Virus record (IMG/VR): IMGVR_UViG_3300025168_000582
Span: 1-25,859 of that record
Length of the DNA: 25,859 nt
DNA from: a virus
Lineage: Duplodnaviria; Caudoviricetes
Direction: 5' to 3' (one strand)
A program made the position numbers and the translations under genes. A model generated the notes under the pieces. That model was not told the origin of the DNA and did no database searches. It worked only from the letters and a program-made list of their open reading frames with translations. Position 1 is the first letter of the stretch. The number at the start of each line of letters is the position of its first letter. Positions 1 to 8,690 of the stretch are shown one piece after another.

Positions 1-1
1 A

Positions 2-112
2 GCTAAGGCATTGCAAGATAATCTATCCATAGCTATAAAAGTAGGCTTAGGGTTTATTGTTATTATGGCTGGTTTGTTAGGTGCAGCTATTTATATTAAA
101 GGATACTACTAG
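2..112 (+). CDS. 3' end of a membrane-anchored hypothetical protein (partial)
   Basis: Hand translation AKALQDNLSIAIKVGLGFIVIMAGLLGAAIYIKGYY*, with a C-terminal hydrophobic helix and TAG at 110-112. Confidence 0.6.
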   Translation, partial: AKALQDNLSIAIKVGLGFIVIMAGLLGAAIYIKGYY

Positions 113-114
113 GC

Positions 115-282
115 ATGGAAAACTTAACTCAAAAACAGAAAGAAGAGATAGCTGAACTGGCTGCTGATAAAGCGTATGACAGATTCTATCTTGCCGTAGG
201 TAAATCAGTGACTAAGAAGCTAATGTGGGTTATAGGTGCAGGTGCATTTGCTGTTTGGTTATACTTTAATGGAGATATGTAA
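115..282 (+). CDS. Small single-TM phage protein (55 aa), not in the ORF track
   Basis: MENLTQKQKEEIAELAADKAYDRFYLAVGKSVTKKLMWVIGAGAFAVWLYFNGDM*. Its stop overlaps the next start (TAATG at 280-284). Confidence 0.75.
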   Translation: MENLTQKQKEEIAELAADKAYDRFYLAVGKSVTKKLMWVIGAGAFAVWLYFNGDM

Positions 283-539
283 TGCCAGATGCTAAACTAA
301 CTAAATTAGGACTAACAGCTTACAACAAACCTAAGCGTACACCTAGCCACCCTAAGAAGTCTCATGTAGTGGTAGCTAAAGAAGGTGGAGTAACAAAGAC
401 TATACGCTTTGGTCAACAGGGAGTTACTGGAGATAAGACTAAAACAAAACGATCTGACTCATTTAAAGCTAGGCATGGCAAGAACATAGCCAAAGGTAAG
501 ATGTCAGCGGCTTATTGGGCCAATCGTGAAAAATGGTGA
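282..539 (+). CDS. Small basic conserved phage hypothetical protein
   Basis: Lys/Arg-rich, with the RFGQQG...SFKARH...SAAYWA..KW pattern I recognise from aquatic phage hypotheticals. GGAG Shine-Dalgarno upstream. Confidence 0.75.
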   Translation: MPDAKLTKLGLTAYNKPKRTPSHPKKSHVVVAKEGGVTKTIRFGQQGVTGDKTKTKRSDSFKARHGKNIAKGKMSAAYWANREKW

Positions 540-552
540 GAGGTAGTACAAC

Positions 553-957
553 ATGGGCATATTAAGTAGTTTATTCAGTGGCGGTAGTGCTGTTGCACAG
601 CCTATAGAAGCCATTGGTAACATTATAGACAGTGTGTTTACATCAGATGAAGAGAGAGCACAAGGCGAACTACTTAAGCAGAAGTTAGCTATGCGGCCCT
701 CTATGATGCAAGCGGAGATTATGAAGGTACAGGCTAATCACAGGTCTACCTTTGTTGCAGGAGCTAGACCCTTTCTCATGTGGGTATGTGGCCTAGGTTT
801 CTTATTTGCATTTGTTATTAACCCTGTACTACAATGGATAGCACCAGAGCTAGGTAGCCCTGAGTTACCCTTAGACGCTATGCTTGAACTTACGTTAGCA
901 ATGCTTGGCCTTGCAGGTCTTAGAACAGTAGAAAAATTAAATGGTAAAGCCACATGA
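553..957 (+). CDS. Holin, 3TM/GTA-type
   Basis: FTSDEE...FVAGARPFLMWVCG...MLGLAGLRTVEK pattern with hydrophobic helices. GAGG Shine-Dalgarno. Confidence 0.85.
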   Translation: MGILSSLFSGGSAVAQPIEAIGNIIDSVFTSDEERAQGELLKQKLAMRPSMMQAEIMKVQANHRSTFVAGARPFLMWVCGLGFLFAFVINPVLQWIAPELGSPELPLDAMLELTLAMLGLAGLRTVEKLNGKAT

Positions 958-1604
958 AGACACATAAAGAGATGGTAAACAACGTACTTGTGAGGCTACG
1001 GGAACGTGAGGTTGACAGTGTTAATGAGAATAGTTACTCAAAGTTAATTAGTTTATTCATTAATGATGCTAAGGAGTTTGTTGAGTCAGCATGGAATTGG
1101 TCTGTTCTTAGGCAAACATTGACTGTAGTTACTCAAGATGGTGTATTTAACTATGTGCTTACTGACTCAGGTAATAACGTAGCTATACTAGACGTAGTTA
1201 ACTTAACATCTAATACGTTCTTAAAGTATAAAGACCCACACTGGTTTAACAATGTATTTCTTAACAACACACCAGCCGAAGGTAACCCTGACTACTACGT
1301 ATTTAATGGCGTGAGTGTAGCAGGTGACACACAGGTAGACTTGTACCCTATCCCTGATGGTGTGTACACTATCTACTTTAACGTAACTATGCGATCACAG
1401 GAGCTTGTGGCTGATGCAGATACAGTACGTGTACCTCACTTACCTGTACAAGCTTTAGCTTATGCTATGGCCCTAGAGGAGCGTGGTGAGGACGGAGGTA
1501 TGTCAGCAGTATCAGCTAAGGCTCTTGCTCAAAACTTCTTATCTGACGCTATTGCCTTAGACGCTAACAAGCACCCAGAGGAACTGATCTGGGAGGTCTA
1601 TTAA
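954..1604 (+). CDS. Head-tail adaptor / tail tubular protein A-like
   Basis: N-terminal VNNVLVRLRE..V helix, W-x-W motif and LYPIPDGVYTI. Size and position directly upstream of a nozzle-like gene fit. Confidence 0.7.
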   Translation: MKTHKEMVNNVLVRLREREVDSVNENSYSKLISLFINDAKEFVESAWNWSVLRQTLTVVTQDGVFNYVLTDSGNNVAILDVVNLTSNTFLKYKDPHWFNNVFLNNTPAEGNPDYYVFNGVSVAGDTQVDLYPIPDGVYTIYFNVTMRSQELVADADTVRVPHLPVQALAYAMALEERGEDGGMSAVSAKALAQNFLSDAIALDANKHPEELIWEVY

Positions 1605-1606
1605 CC

Positions 1607-3163
1607 ATGGCTAAACAATTAATGTCCTCCTCTATTGCTGCACCTGCATTCTATGGTTTAAACACCCAAGAGTCAGGTGTAACACTACAGGAAGGTTTTG
1701 CACTACAGGCAGACAACTGCGTCATAGATAAGTTTGGTCGATTAGGAGCACGTAAGGGCTGGCAGACTTTAAGTACAGGTAAGGATGGTTCAACAGGTGC
1801 TAATGCTAATGTTAATTTAATAGGGGTTTCTAACTTTAAAGATGTTGTAGGCGTTGATACGTTACTATCATTTAGTGTTAACAAGTTTTACAAAGGCCTT
1901 ACAAACCTAGTAACTTTAACCCCGTCTACCTCAGACACGATAGCCGCAGGTAACTGGCAATCAGCTACACTAAATGATAATCATTATTTCTTTCAACGTG
2001 GATACTTACCGCTAGTGTATACTAACTCTGGCAGTGCAGATACTTTTAAATCCGTAGCAACACACACAGGAACTACAGGTACGCCTCCTAGCGCCCACAC
2101 AGTATTAGCAGCCTACGGGCGTTTATGGGCTGCCGACACAGCCACTAATAAGAATACAGTTTACTTTACTGATGTTCTTAATGGTACTAAATGGAGTGGA
2201 GGCACTTCTGGTAACATTAATATATCTTCCGTACTTACACAAGGTATGGACGAGATTGTTGCCTTGGGCGCACATAACGGCTTCTTAGTTATATTTTGTA
2301 AGAACAACATTATTATCTATGGTGATGGTAATAACTTTCAAGCAGGTATGACTACCTCAAGTTTAACCTTAGTGGAAGTCATAGAGGGTGTAGGTTGTAT
2401 TGCTAGAGACAGTGTACAGAATACTGGTGAAGACATTTTGTTTTTAAGTACCACTGGTATACGTTCATTAAGTCGTACCATACAAGAGAAATCTCAGCCT
2501 ATGCGAGACATCTCTAAGAATGTACGTGATGATGTAATACAGGCCATTAACGCTGAGAACATTGATTTAATCAAGTCAGTCTACTCGCCTATTAATGCTT
2601 TTTACTTAATTACTTTTCCTACGTCACAACAGACCTTTTGTTTTGACACCAGAGCACCTTTACAGGATGGCAGCTTTAGAGCTACAATATGGCCCTCTGT
2701 ATCGCCTAAGGGTTTTTTGTCTGAAGGTTCTACATTATACTTTGCAGAAAACAATGGCATAGCAGAGTACAAAGGTTATCAAGACAACGGCTCTAAGTAC
2801 GAAATGGCGTACTACAGTAACTTCTTTGACTTAGGTATGGCTAATGTTTCTAAAATTGTAAAGAAGCTATCAGCAACTACAGTAGGAGCTACAGGACAAA
2901 CCTTTGCACTTAAGATTGGATATGATTATAGCCCAGTATATTATGGTTATACATTTACATTAGAAGTAGGTACTGTATACGAGTATGGTATTACTGAGTA
3001 CGGCATAGGTCAATACTCAGGCTCAGTCTTAATAAACGAACAAAAAGCATCAACACAAGGCGCAGGTGACATTATACAGATAGGATTTACTACTGATATT
3101 AATGGTGCTCCTATGTCATTACAGAAAATTTCACTATACGCCAAACAAGGTAAGGTACTTTAA
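1607..3163 (+). CDS. Tail nozzle / tail tubular protein B (P22 gp10-like stabilisation protein)
   Basis: FYGLNT..ADNCVID..GRL..RKG start, beta-propeller-like composition and GVGCIARDSV motif. Synteny with podoviral tail modules. Confidence 0.75.
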   Translation: MAKQLMSSSIAAPAFYGLNTQESGVTLQEGFALQADNCVIDKFGRLGARKGWQTLSTGKDGSTGANANVNLIGVSNFKDVVGVDTLLSFSVNKFYKGLTNLVTLTPSTSDTIAAGNWQSATLNDNHYFFQRGYLPLVYTNSGSADTFKSVATHTGTTGTPPSAHTVLAAYGRLWAADTATNKNTVYFTDVLNGTKWSGGTSGNINISSVLTQGMDEIVALGAHNGFLVIFCKNNIIIYGDGNNFQAGMTTSSLTLVEVIEGVGCIARDSVQNTGEDILFLSTTGIRSLSRTIQEKSQPMRDISKNVRDDVIQAINAENIDLIKSVYSPINAFYLITFPTSQQTFCFDTRAPLQDGSFRATIWPSVSPKGFLSEGSTLYFAENNGIAEYKGYQDNGSKYEMAYYSNFFDLGMANVSKIVKKLSATTVGATGQTFALKIGYDYSPVYYGYTFTLEVGTVYEYGITEYGIGQYSGSVLINEQKASTQGAGDIIQIGFTTDINGAPMSLQKISLYAKQGKVL

Positions 3164-3165
3164 AT

Positions 3166-3786
3166 ATGTCTAATTATACTAAAGCAACTAACTTTGCATC
3201 AAAGGACGCCTTACCCACAGGTAACGCACTCAAGACTGTCAGTGGTACTGAGATTGATGACGAGTTTACAAACATACAAACGTCTGTAGCTACTAAAGCT
3301 AACCTAAGTGCGCCTACGTTCACAGGTATACCAGCGGCTCCTACAGCAGCTACAGCGACTAACAGCACACAAATAGCCACCACAGCGTTCACACAGGCTG
3401 CTATAGTGGCTGGTGTTGCAGCTAAGGCACCCATAGATGCCCCTACGTTCACAGGCGTCCCTGCGGCTCCTACAGCGGCTGCTGGCACTAATACTACACA
3501 GTTGGCTACTACAGCCTTTGTACAGGCCGCTACGCCCACAGCAGCGACTATTAATGGTCTAGCATATCCTGTAGGCTCTGTGTACACATCAGTAGTTGCA
3601 ACTAACCCTAACAGCTTACTTGGCGTAGGTACTTGGGTAGCCTTTGGTGCTGGTCGTGTCTTAGTGGGTATTAATGCAAGTGACACTGCTTTTGATACAG
3701 TAGAAGAAACAGGCAGCATAGTTACAGGAACGGGAGGCGCAGGTCAGCCTTATATTGTCGTATACTTTTGGAAGAGGACAGCATAA
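3166..3786 (+). CDS. Short tail fibre/needle protein with fibre repeats and a gp10-C-like tip
   Basis: Two KA..APTFTG.PAAPTA...TN.TQ.ATTAF.QAA fibre repeats and a C-terminal YPVGSVY...GTW..FGAGRVLVG...QPYIVVYFWKRTA domain. Confidence 0.8.
   Translation: MSNYTKATNFASKDALPTGNALKTVSGTEIDDEFTNIQTSVATKANLSAPTFTGIPAAPTAATATNSTQIATTAFTQAAIVAGVAAKAPIDAPTFTGVPAAPTAAAGTNTTQLATTAFVQAATPTAATINGLAYPVGSVYTSVVATNPNSLLGVGTWVAFGAGRVLVGINASDTAFDTVEETGSIVTGTGGAGQPYIVVYFWKRTA
3295..3531 (+). repeat. Two diverged tail-fibre repeats (43-aa / 129-bp period)
   Basis: 3295-3402 KANLSAPTFTGIPAAPTAATATNSTQIATTAFTQAA versus 3424-3531 KAPIDAPTFTGVPAAPTAAAGTNTTQLATTAFVQAA. Confidence 0.9.
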
Positions 3787-5378
3787 TGCCGAGTATAGAT
3801 GACGGATATGGTAATAAGAATACGCAGTCACGTGCTAACGAATACAATGGAGGTAGAAATGCTAATGATCAAGGTAATGGTGATGGTAGAGCAGCAGCAG
3901 CAGCGGCACAACAAGAAGCAGCTAGGGTTGCATTAGGTCAACAACAAGAAGCTGCTAGACAACAAGCAGCGGCAGTAGAAGCACAACGTCAACAACGAGT
4001 AGCTCAGGAACGTGCTCAAGCTAACCTAGCTATAAGTCGTGCTCAGGAAATGCAAAAGTATTCTAATAACGTACCTGTAGATGATCGCAGCACTTATGGT
4101 GGTGGTATGTTACAAAGTACAGTAGGTGTTGCTGGCGGCCCTATGTCAAGAGCCGATGCAGCTATCATGGGTCAAAACTTTACGCCTCAGCTACCTAACA
4201 CTGCTGGTGGTTGGATGCAAATGGCGGGTTCTCCCTTCTTACCCTTTATACAGTCTTTTGCAGATCGGACTAGATACGGAATGAGTCCAGCTTCTCAAGC
4301 TATCTTTGATAGCTTAGACCCTACTCAGAAAGCTAACATAGGTTCATTACAAGATCAAGTTAATTATGCACGTAACATTGTAAAACAAAATCAAGCAGCA
4401 CCTAACAGTTACACTGGCCCTCAGAAGCCAAGTAACTTTAGTGACCAACAGTGGAATAGTATGACACAAGGACAGAAGCAGTTTATGAGTCCTGAGGGTG
4501 CTTTTGGAGGTCAGGCTGGCATGGGTAATGCAGGAGGAGGCGGTGGTATGTTACAAAGTACAGTAGGTGTTGTTGGCGGCCCTATGGCAGGAGGAGCAAG
4601 AGACTACCAGCCAACAGGAGGCACATTCAAGCCTATTACCTTTAGATCAGGCACAGGTAACCCAGACCCTTACGCTGGCTTAAGTGACATGGCACAGCAA
4701 GGTCAAGGAATGTTTAACGTAGCAGGTCAGGATGCACTACAAGCTGCTGATCAGTTTAATTATAACTTTGACCCACAGGCAGCAGGACAGCGCTTATTTG
4801 ATGAACGTTCCTCATTACTTGAGCCAGCCTTTGCACAGCAACGTGCTAAGAACTTAGAACAGATGCAAGGCTTGGGTCGTATAGGCCTACAGTTATCTGG
4901 TGAGGGCTTAGGTGCTGGTGAAGACTCAGGCATGATGAATCCTGATATGTTTGGTATGAACGCTGCACAGTCTCAGGCTTTAGCAGGGTTATCCGCACAA
5001 TCTACTCAAGATGCCTTTGGTCAAGAAGTCCAACGTGCGGGTCTTGACTTGAATCAGTTTAACACTAATCAAATGACTGACCAACAGCGTTATGCTAACC
5101 TTATGGGTACTGGTCAAGGTATGCTTACCGCTAGTATGCTTGAACCTCAAGTACGTAATCAGTTAATAGCACAACAGCAACAGCAGCAAGGCTTAGATCA
5201 GAACTACGAGCTAGGTAAATATGGCAATGAAACAGCACGTATTACAGGACAAGCTCAAGCTAACAACTACAACTATCAGCCAGACCCTTGGCTTTCAGGT
5301 CTTACTAGCTTAGGTTCTTCATTCTTAGGCACTACAGGTGGCAGTGGTTGGTTATCAGGCATATTTGGAGGTTCATAA
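3786..5378 (+). CDS. Putative internal virion / DNA ejection (pilot-like) protein
   Basis: Q/A/G-rich and low complexity, with a glycine-rich amphipathic C-terminus. Start moved to 3786 because of the TAATG overlap with the fibre gene. Confidence 0.6.
   Translation: MPSIDDGYGNKNTQSRANEYNGGRNANDQGNGDGRAAAAAAQQEAARVALGQQQEAARQQAAAVEAQRQQRVAQERAQANLAISRAQEMQKYSNNVPVDDRSTYGGGMLQSTVGVAGGPMSRADAAIMGQNFTPQLPNTAGGWMQMAGSPFLPFIQSFADRTRYGMSPASQAIFDSLDPTQKANIGSLQDQVNYARNIVKQNQAAPNSYTGPQKPSNFSDQQWNSMTQGQKQFMSPEGAFGGQAGMGNAGGGGGMLQSTVGVVGGPMAGGARDYQPTGGTFKPITFRSGTGNPDPYAGLSDMAQQGQGMFNVAGQDALQAADQFNYNFDPQAAGQRLFDERSSLLEPAFAQQRAKNLEQMQGLGRIGLQLSGEGLGAGEDSGMMNPDMFGMNAAQSQALAGLSAQSTQDAFGQEVQRAGLDLNQFNTNQMTDQQRYANLMGTGQGMLTASMLEPQVRNQLIAQQQQQQGLDQNYELGKYGNETARITGQAQANNYNYQPDPWLSGLTSLGSSFLGTTGGSGWLSGIFGGS
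4101..4586 (+). repeat. 45-bp in-frame direct repeat (4101-4145 and 4542-4586)
   Basis: ggtggtatgttacaaagtacagtaggtgttg(c/t)tggcggccctatg, 44/45 identical, with a 441-bp period. Confidence 0.95.
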
Positions 5379-5379
5379 C

Positions 5380-6873
5380 ATGGCACAACAAGGTTTATTC
5401 ACACAACTACCCTCAGTCGATGAATTGTTACAACAGCGTAACAAAAGAGCTACTGACCTACAACAGACATTAATGACTAATGCTGCACAGGGCGCACGTG
5501 ACCCTGCTAAAGCACGTGCCGTTAGTTTCTTAGGTTCTGCTTTAGGTCGTGCCTTAGGTGACTCTATGGGCGGTGAAGATAAAATAATGGCTGAACGTAA
5601 AGCTGATATTGAACAACAAACTGAAATGCAGGGTAAGTTTGGTCAATCTTTTACACAAGGAACTCCTGAGAATCAACTTAAATTAGCTAATGAATTAATT
5701 CAAATGGGCTATGTTGAAAAAGGAACAGAATTGTTTGAAGTAGGTCAAGCTGGCTTAAAAGCACAACAGGCTAAAAAAGCTGCCGATTTAGTAAAAGCAG
5801 AGGAACAGAAACTACGGGATAATGTAGCAGCTACCGCAGAGGCACAAGGATTAGCACAGTTAGCAGCTACAGTAAGAAATGGTGGTGACTTAGGAGAAGC
5901 ACAAAAAACTCTTGCTGAATACGAGCAGACACAAATTGTAGCAAGAGGTGGTCGGGCTGGTCGTGTACAGCTTGCACAGCAATATTCAAAAGGTCAGTCA
6001 TTTGTAGATCAAATAAAAGCAGGTAAGTTTGATAAAATGGATGGTGCTGAATTTATTGCAGTATTAAAAGGTAAACAAGCTAATAACAAAGCGTATAAAA
6101 GTAGTGGGGGTATAACTAAAATATACAGTGAGGACGAGCAAGGTAAAGTTTTAGACCCCGCTTCTAAAACATGGGTATACCCCTATGAATTAGGCCTAAG
6201 TGTTGCACCTAAGCTAACACAAGAAGTAATTCCCATGTTAGATACAATAACACGTGAGACTATGGGTGCTTTGTTAGGCGCAGAAGTGCTAAATTATGCC
6301 GACTTAAATCAAAAAGCTAACTCAGCTATAAACGGTATTTTTATTAATGATCAATCCATGGACATTTTTGATAAGGGTATTATATTAGGAAAGTTTGGTG
6401 AAATGCGTTTACAACTTGCTAAAGGATTAGAATCATTTGGAATGTCAAGTGAAAAAGCAATGGAAGTAACCGCTAATACCGAAGCGTATTTAGCGTATCG
6501 TGGTAACGCTGTGGCTAACATAATTCAAGCTTTTGGTGCTGGTACAGGTTTATCTGATCAGGACAGAAAGTACGCAACAGCAATGGCGGGTGGTCAAATT
6601 GAAATGACTGCTTTAGCTGTAAAGAAAATCTTAGAGATTGAGCGTAAGGGTTATGTTAATTTAATTAAAGAAAATAACAAGGTGGTTGATCGTTTAATTG
6701 GTCGTATTAAAGGTACTGATACAGAGAAGAAAGAAATGGCGTTGTCCTATTACCTTGAAGAACCTGCTGAACGTCTAAGCGGAAAAACAGAGAAACAATC
6801 AATAGTTGATAAATGGGTGCAACGTGCAGAACAAAGGCGCAGGCAGCAGACACAGCTAAGAATGGTGAAATAA
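5380..6873 (+). CDS. Putative internal virion / ejection protein
   Basis: Helical, Ala/Gln/Lys-rich, with a C-terminal FGAGTGLSDQDR motif. ATG at 5380 is preceded by GGAGG. Confidence 0.6.
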   Translation: MAQQGLFTQLPSVDELLQQRNKRATDLQQTLMTNAAQGARDPAKARAVSFLGSALGRALGDSMGGEDKIMAERKADIEQQTEMQGKFGQSFTQGTPENQLKLANELIQMGYVEKGTELFEVGQAGLKAQQAKKAADLVKAEEQKLRDNVAATAEAQGLAQLAATVRNGGDLGEAQKTLAEYEQTQIVARGGRAGRVQLAQQYSKGQSFVDQIKAGKFDKMDGAEFIAVLKGKQANNKAYKSSGGITKIYSEDEQGKVLDPASKTWVYPYELGLSVAPKLTQEVIPMLDTITRETMGALLGAEVLNYADLNQKANSAINGIFINDQSMDIFDKGIILGKFGEMRLQLAKGLESFGMSSEKAMEVTANTEAYLAYRGNAVANIIQAFGAGTGLSDQDRKYATAMAGGQIEMTALAVKKILEIERKGYVNLIKENNKVVDRLIGRIKGTDTEKKEMALSYYLEEPAERLSGKTEKQSIVDKWVQRAEQRRRQQTQLRMVK

Positions 6874-8681
6874 TGAGATATACAAGAGAACAGTTAGAGG
6901 AAATCTTAGATGATGCAATAAATTCTAACGCTCCTCCGAATGAAATTGAAGCCATTACCGAAGAATTAGAGAACTTAGAAGTCGAGGAACAAGCAACGGA
7001 AGTTGAGAAACCTAGGTACACTGCTCAACAGTATGACTATGGTGAGATGCAGGACGAAGCGGCTACCAATATCCAAAGTTCTTTTGCTAATGCTGGTAAA
7101 GTTATGGACACTAACCAGCAAGAGTTTCAAACAGCCGTACAGGATAAAGCAGAAGCCCTAAGGCCTCAGGTAGAAGCTGGTACTATGTCACCAGATCAAG
7201 CCGCTACTCAGTCACTGTTAGGTTCACGTGACCCTATTGAATCTCATTATTCACAGGATGCTAGGCCTCAGAGTGTGCAAGAGTTAGCTGTTGCAAACCT
7301 AGGTGAGGCTATCATTCCTGCTGCTGGTGACGTAATGATTGAAGGTGCTAAGATAGCTGGTAAAGTTCTTAGCAATGTAACACCTGATGTCATAGAGAAC
7401 CCTACAGTTAATGCTGTAATTGACATAGGTCAAGCCATAGCAGAACTACCTACAGTTCAAGAAATGATAGAGCTTGCTAAAGAGAATTACCCTAAGTATC
7501 TAGCAATGGCTAAAGAATATCCTCATTACGACAGGATGATAAAGAATGTATTTAGCATTGTTTCTTTAGGTACAAACACTAAAATTGAAGCTGGCATAGA
7601 TGCTGTAGGTAGTGGTTTGAAGTCGTCAGCGGTTAAAAGCACATGGAAGAATAGAAGGGAAAGTGTATCTAATATGCTTGAACCTATCCATCCTGAGACA
7701 AGTGACATGACTACTACTATGTATCCTACTCGTACAGAGGGTATGTTAAATAGTATCAAGCCTAATTACACTGAACAAGCTAACGAAATAATTGATATTA
7801 CGTCAACAGTTCCTAAATTAAAACCTAATGGTAGCTTTACTGATTCTCGTAATGCTATTTATGGCGAAATAACGAATACTGCTAAGAAGTTAAAATTAGA
7901 TATTGCTAAAGCAGGTAACCCTCAATTAACTGTTGATGTGGTACAACAACTACAAGATTCTATGGATAACTTCCCCGAAAGCATTGGTTTTGGTTTAGCA
8001 GGAGGCACACCTAAATTTGCTACTGATCTAATGACAACAGCTATTCGTTTAGTGAAAGAATCAGATGGTACTGCCGCAGGTTTATTAGAAGCTCGTAAAA
8101 AACTTGATATGTTTATTGAGAAGCATCAACCTAAAGCTTTAACTCAAGAGTACATAAACAGTAAAGCTAAAGCTGTGTCAGAAATAAGAACTATTATGAA
8201 TGACGCTGTGGCTCTTACAGTTCCTGATGTTAAAGTCAAGGATTTACTAGACAAGCAACATAAACTTTATAAGGCTTGGGACGTTACAGGCGATAAAGCT
8301 ATAAAGGAAGCTAGGACTTCTATAGGTCGCTTGTGGCAGAAGATTACTGAGGGTAGAATAGTTATACCTAAAACACCCATGGCTTTACGTTCTATGGTTG
8401 GAGGTATGACGTACTGGTTAGGGAGTGGTAACTTAGGTTTTGCGCTAGGCACTGTAGCCTCAGTTGCCACATCGACTATTGGTTATAATATGCTTAAATC
8501 TCCTTACTCAAGAGAAGGGTTAGGTATTATACTTACAGGTACTGCTAAGTTAATTGAAACAACTAAAGACACTGCTTTACTTAAGCAACTTAAGGCTGAT
8601 CGTTTGATTGTTATTGGTCTACTATCAGACCTTGAGAAAAACGCTGAACGTCCTCCACTTAAGGGTGCGGCTAATCAATAA
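6873..8681 (+). CDS. Putative internal virion / ejection protein
   Basis: Acidic N-terminus, helical body and a hydrophobic G/A-rich segment near the C-terminus. Start at 6873 from the TAATG overlap. Confidence 0.55.
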   Translation: MRYTREQLEEILDDAINSNAPPNEIEAITEELENLEVEEQATEVEKPRYTAQQYDYGEMQDEAATNIQSSFANAGKVMDTNQQEFQTAVQDKAEALRPQVEAGTMSPDQAATQSLLGSRDPIESHYSQDARPQSVQELAVANLGEAIIPAAGDVMIEGAKIAGKVLSNVTPDVIENPTVNAVIDIGQAIAELPTVQEMIELAKENYPKYLAMAKEYPHYDRMIKNVFSIVSLGTNTKIEAGIDAVGSGLKSSAVKSTWKNRRESVSNMLEPIHPETSDMTTTMYPTRTEGMLNSIKPNYTEQANEIIDITSTVPKLKPNGSFTDSRNAIYGEITNTAKKLKLDIAKAGNPQLTVDVVQQLQDSMDNFPESIGFGLAGGTPKFATDLMTTAIRLVKESDGTAAGLLEARKKLDMFIEKHQPKALTQEYINSKAKAVSEIRTIMNDAVALTVPDVKVKDLLDKQHKLYKAWDVTGDKAIKEARTSIGRLWQKITEGRIVIPKTPMALRSMVGGMTYWLGSGNLGFALGTVASVATSTIGYNMLKSPYSREGLGIILTGTAKLIETTKDTALLKQLKADRLIVIGLLSDLEKNAERPPLKGAANQ

Positions 8682-8690
8682 GCTACAGTT

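Noticed and set aside
3174-3719. 181-aa antisense ORF over the tail fibre gene
   Set aside because: It is a shadow of Ala/Thr-rich codons on the coding strand, with no motif and the wrong orientation for this arm.
4101-4586. 45-bp repeat as a DGR template/variable repeat pair
   Set aside because: It is too short, its single difference is C/T rather than adenine-specific, and no reverse transcriptase is in the window.
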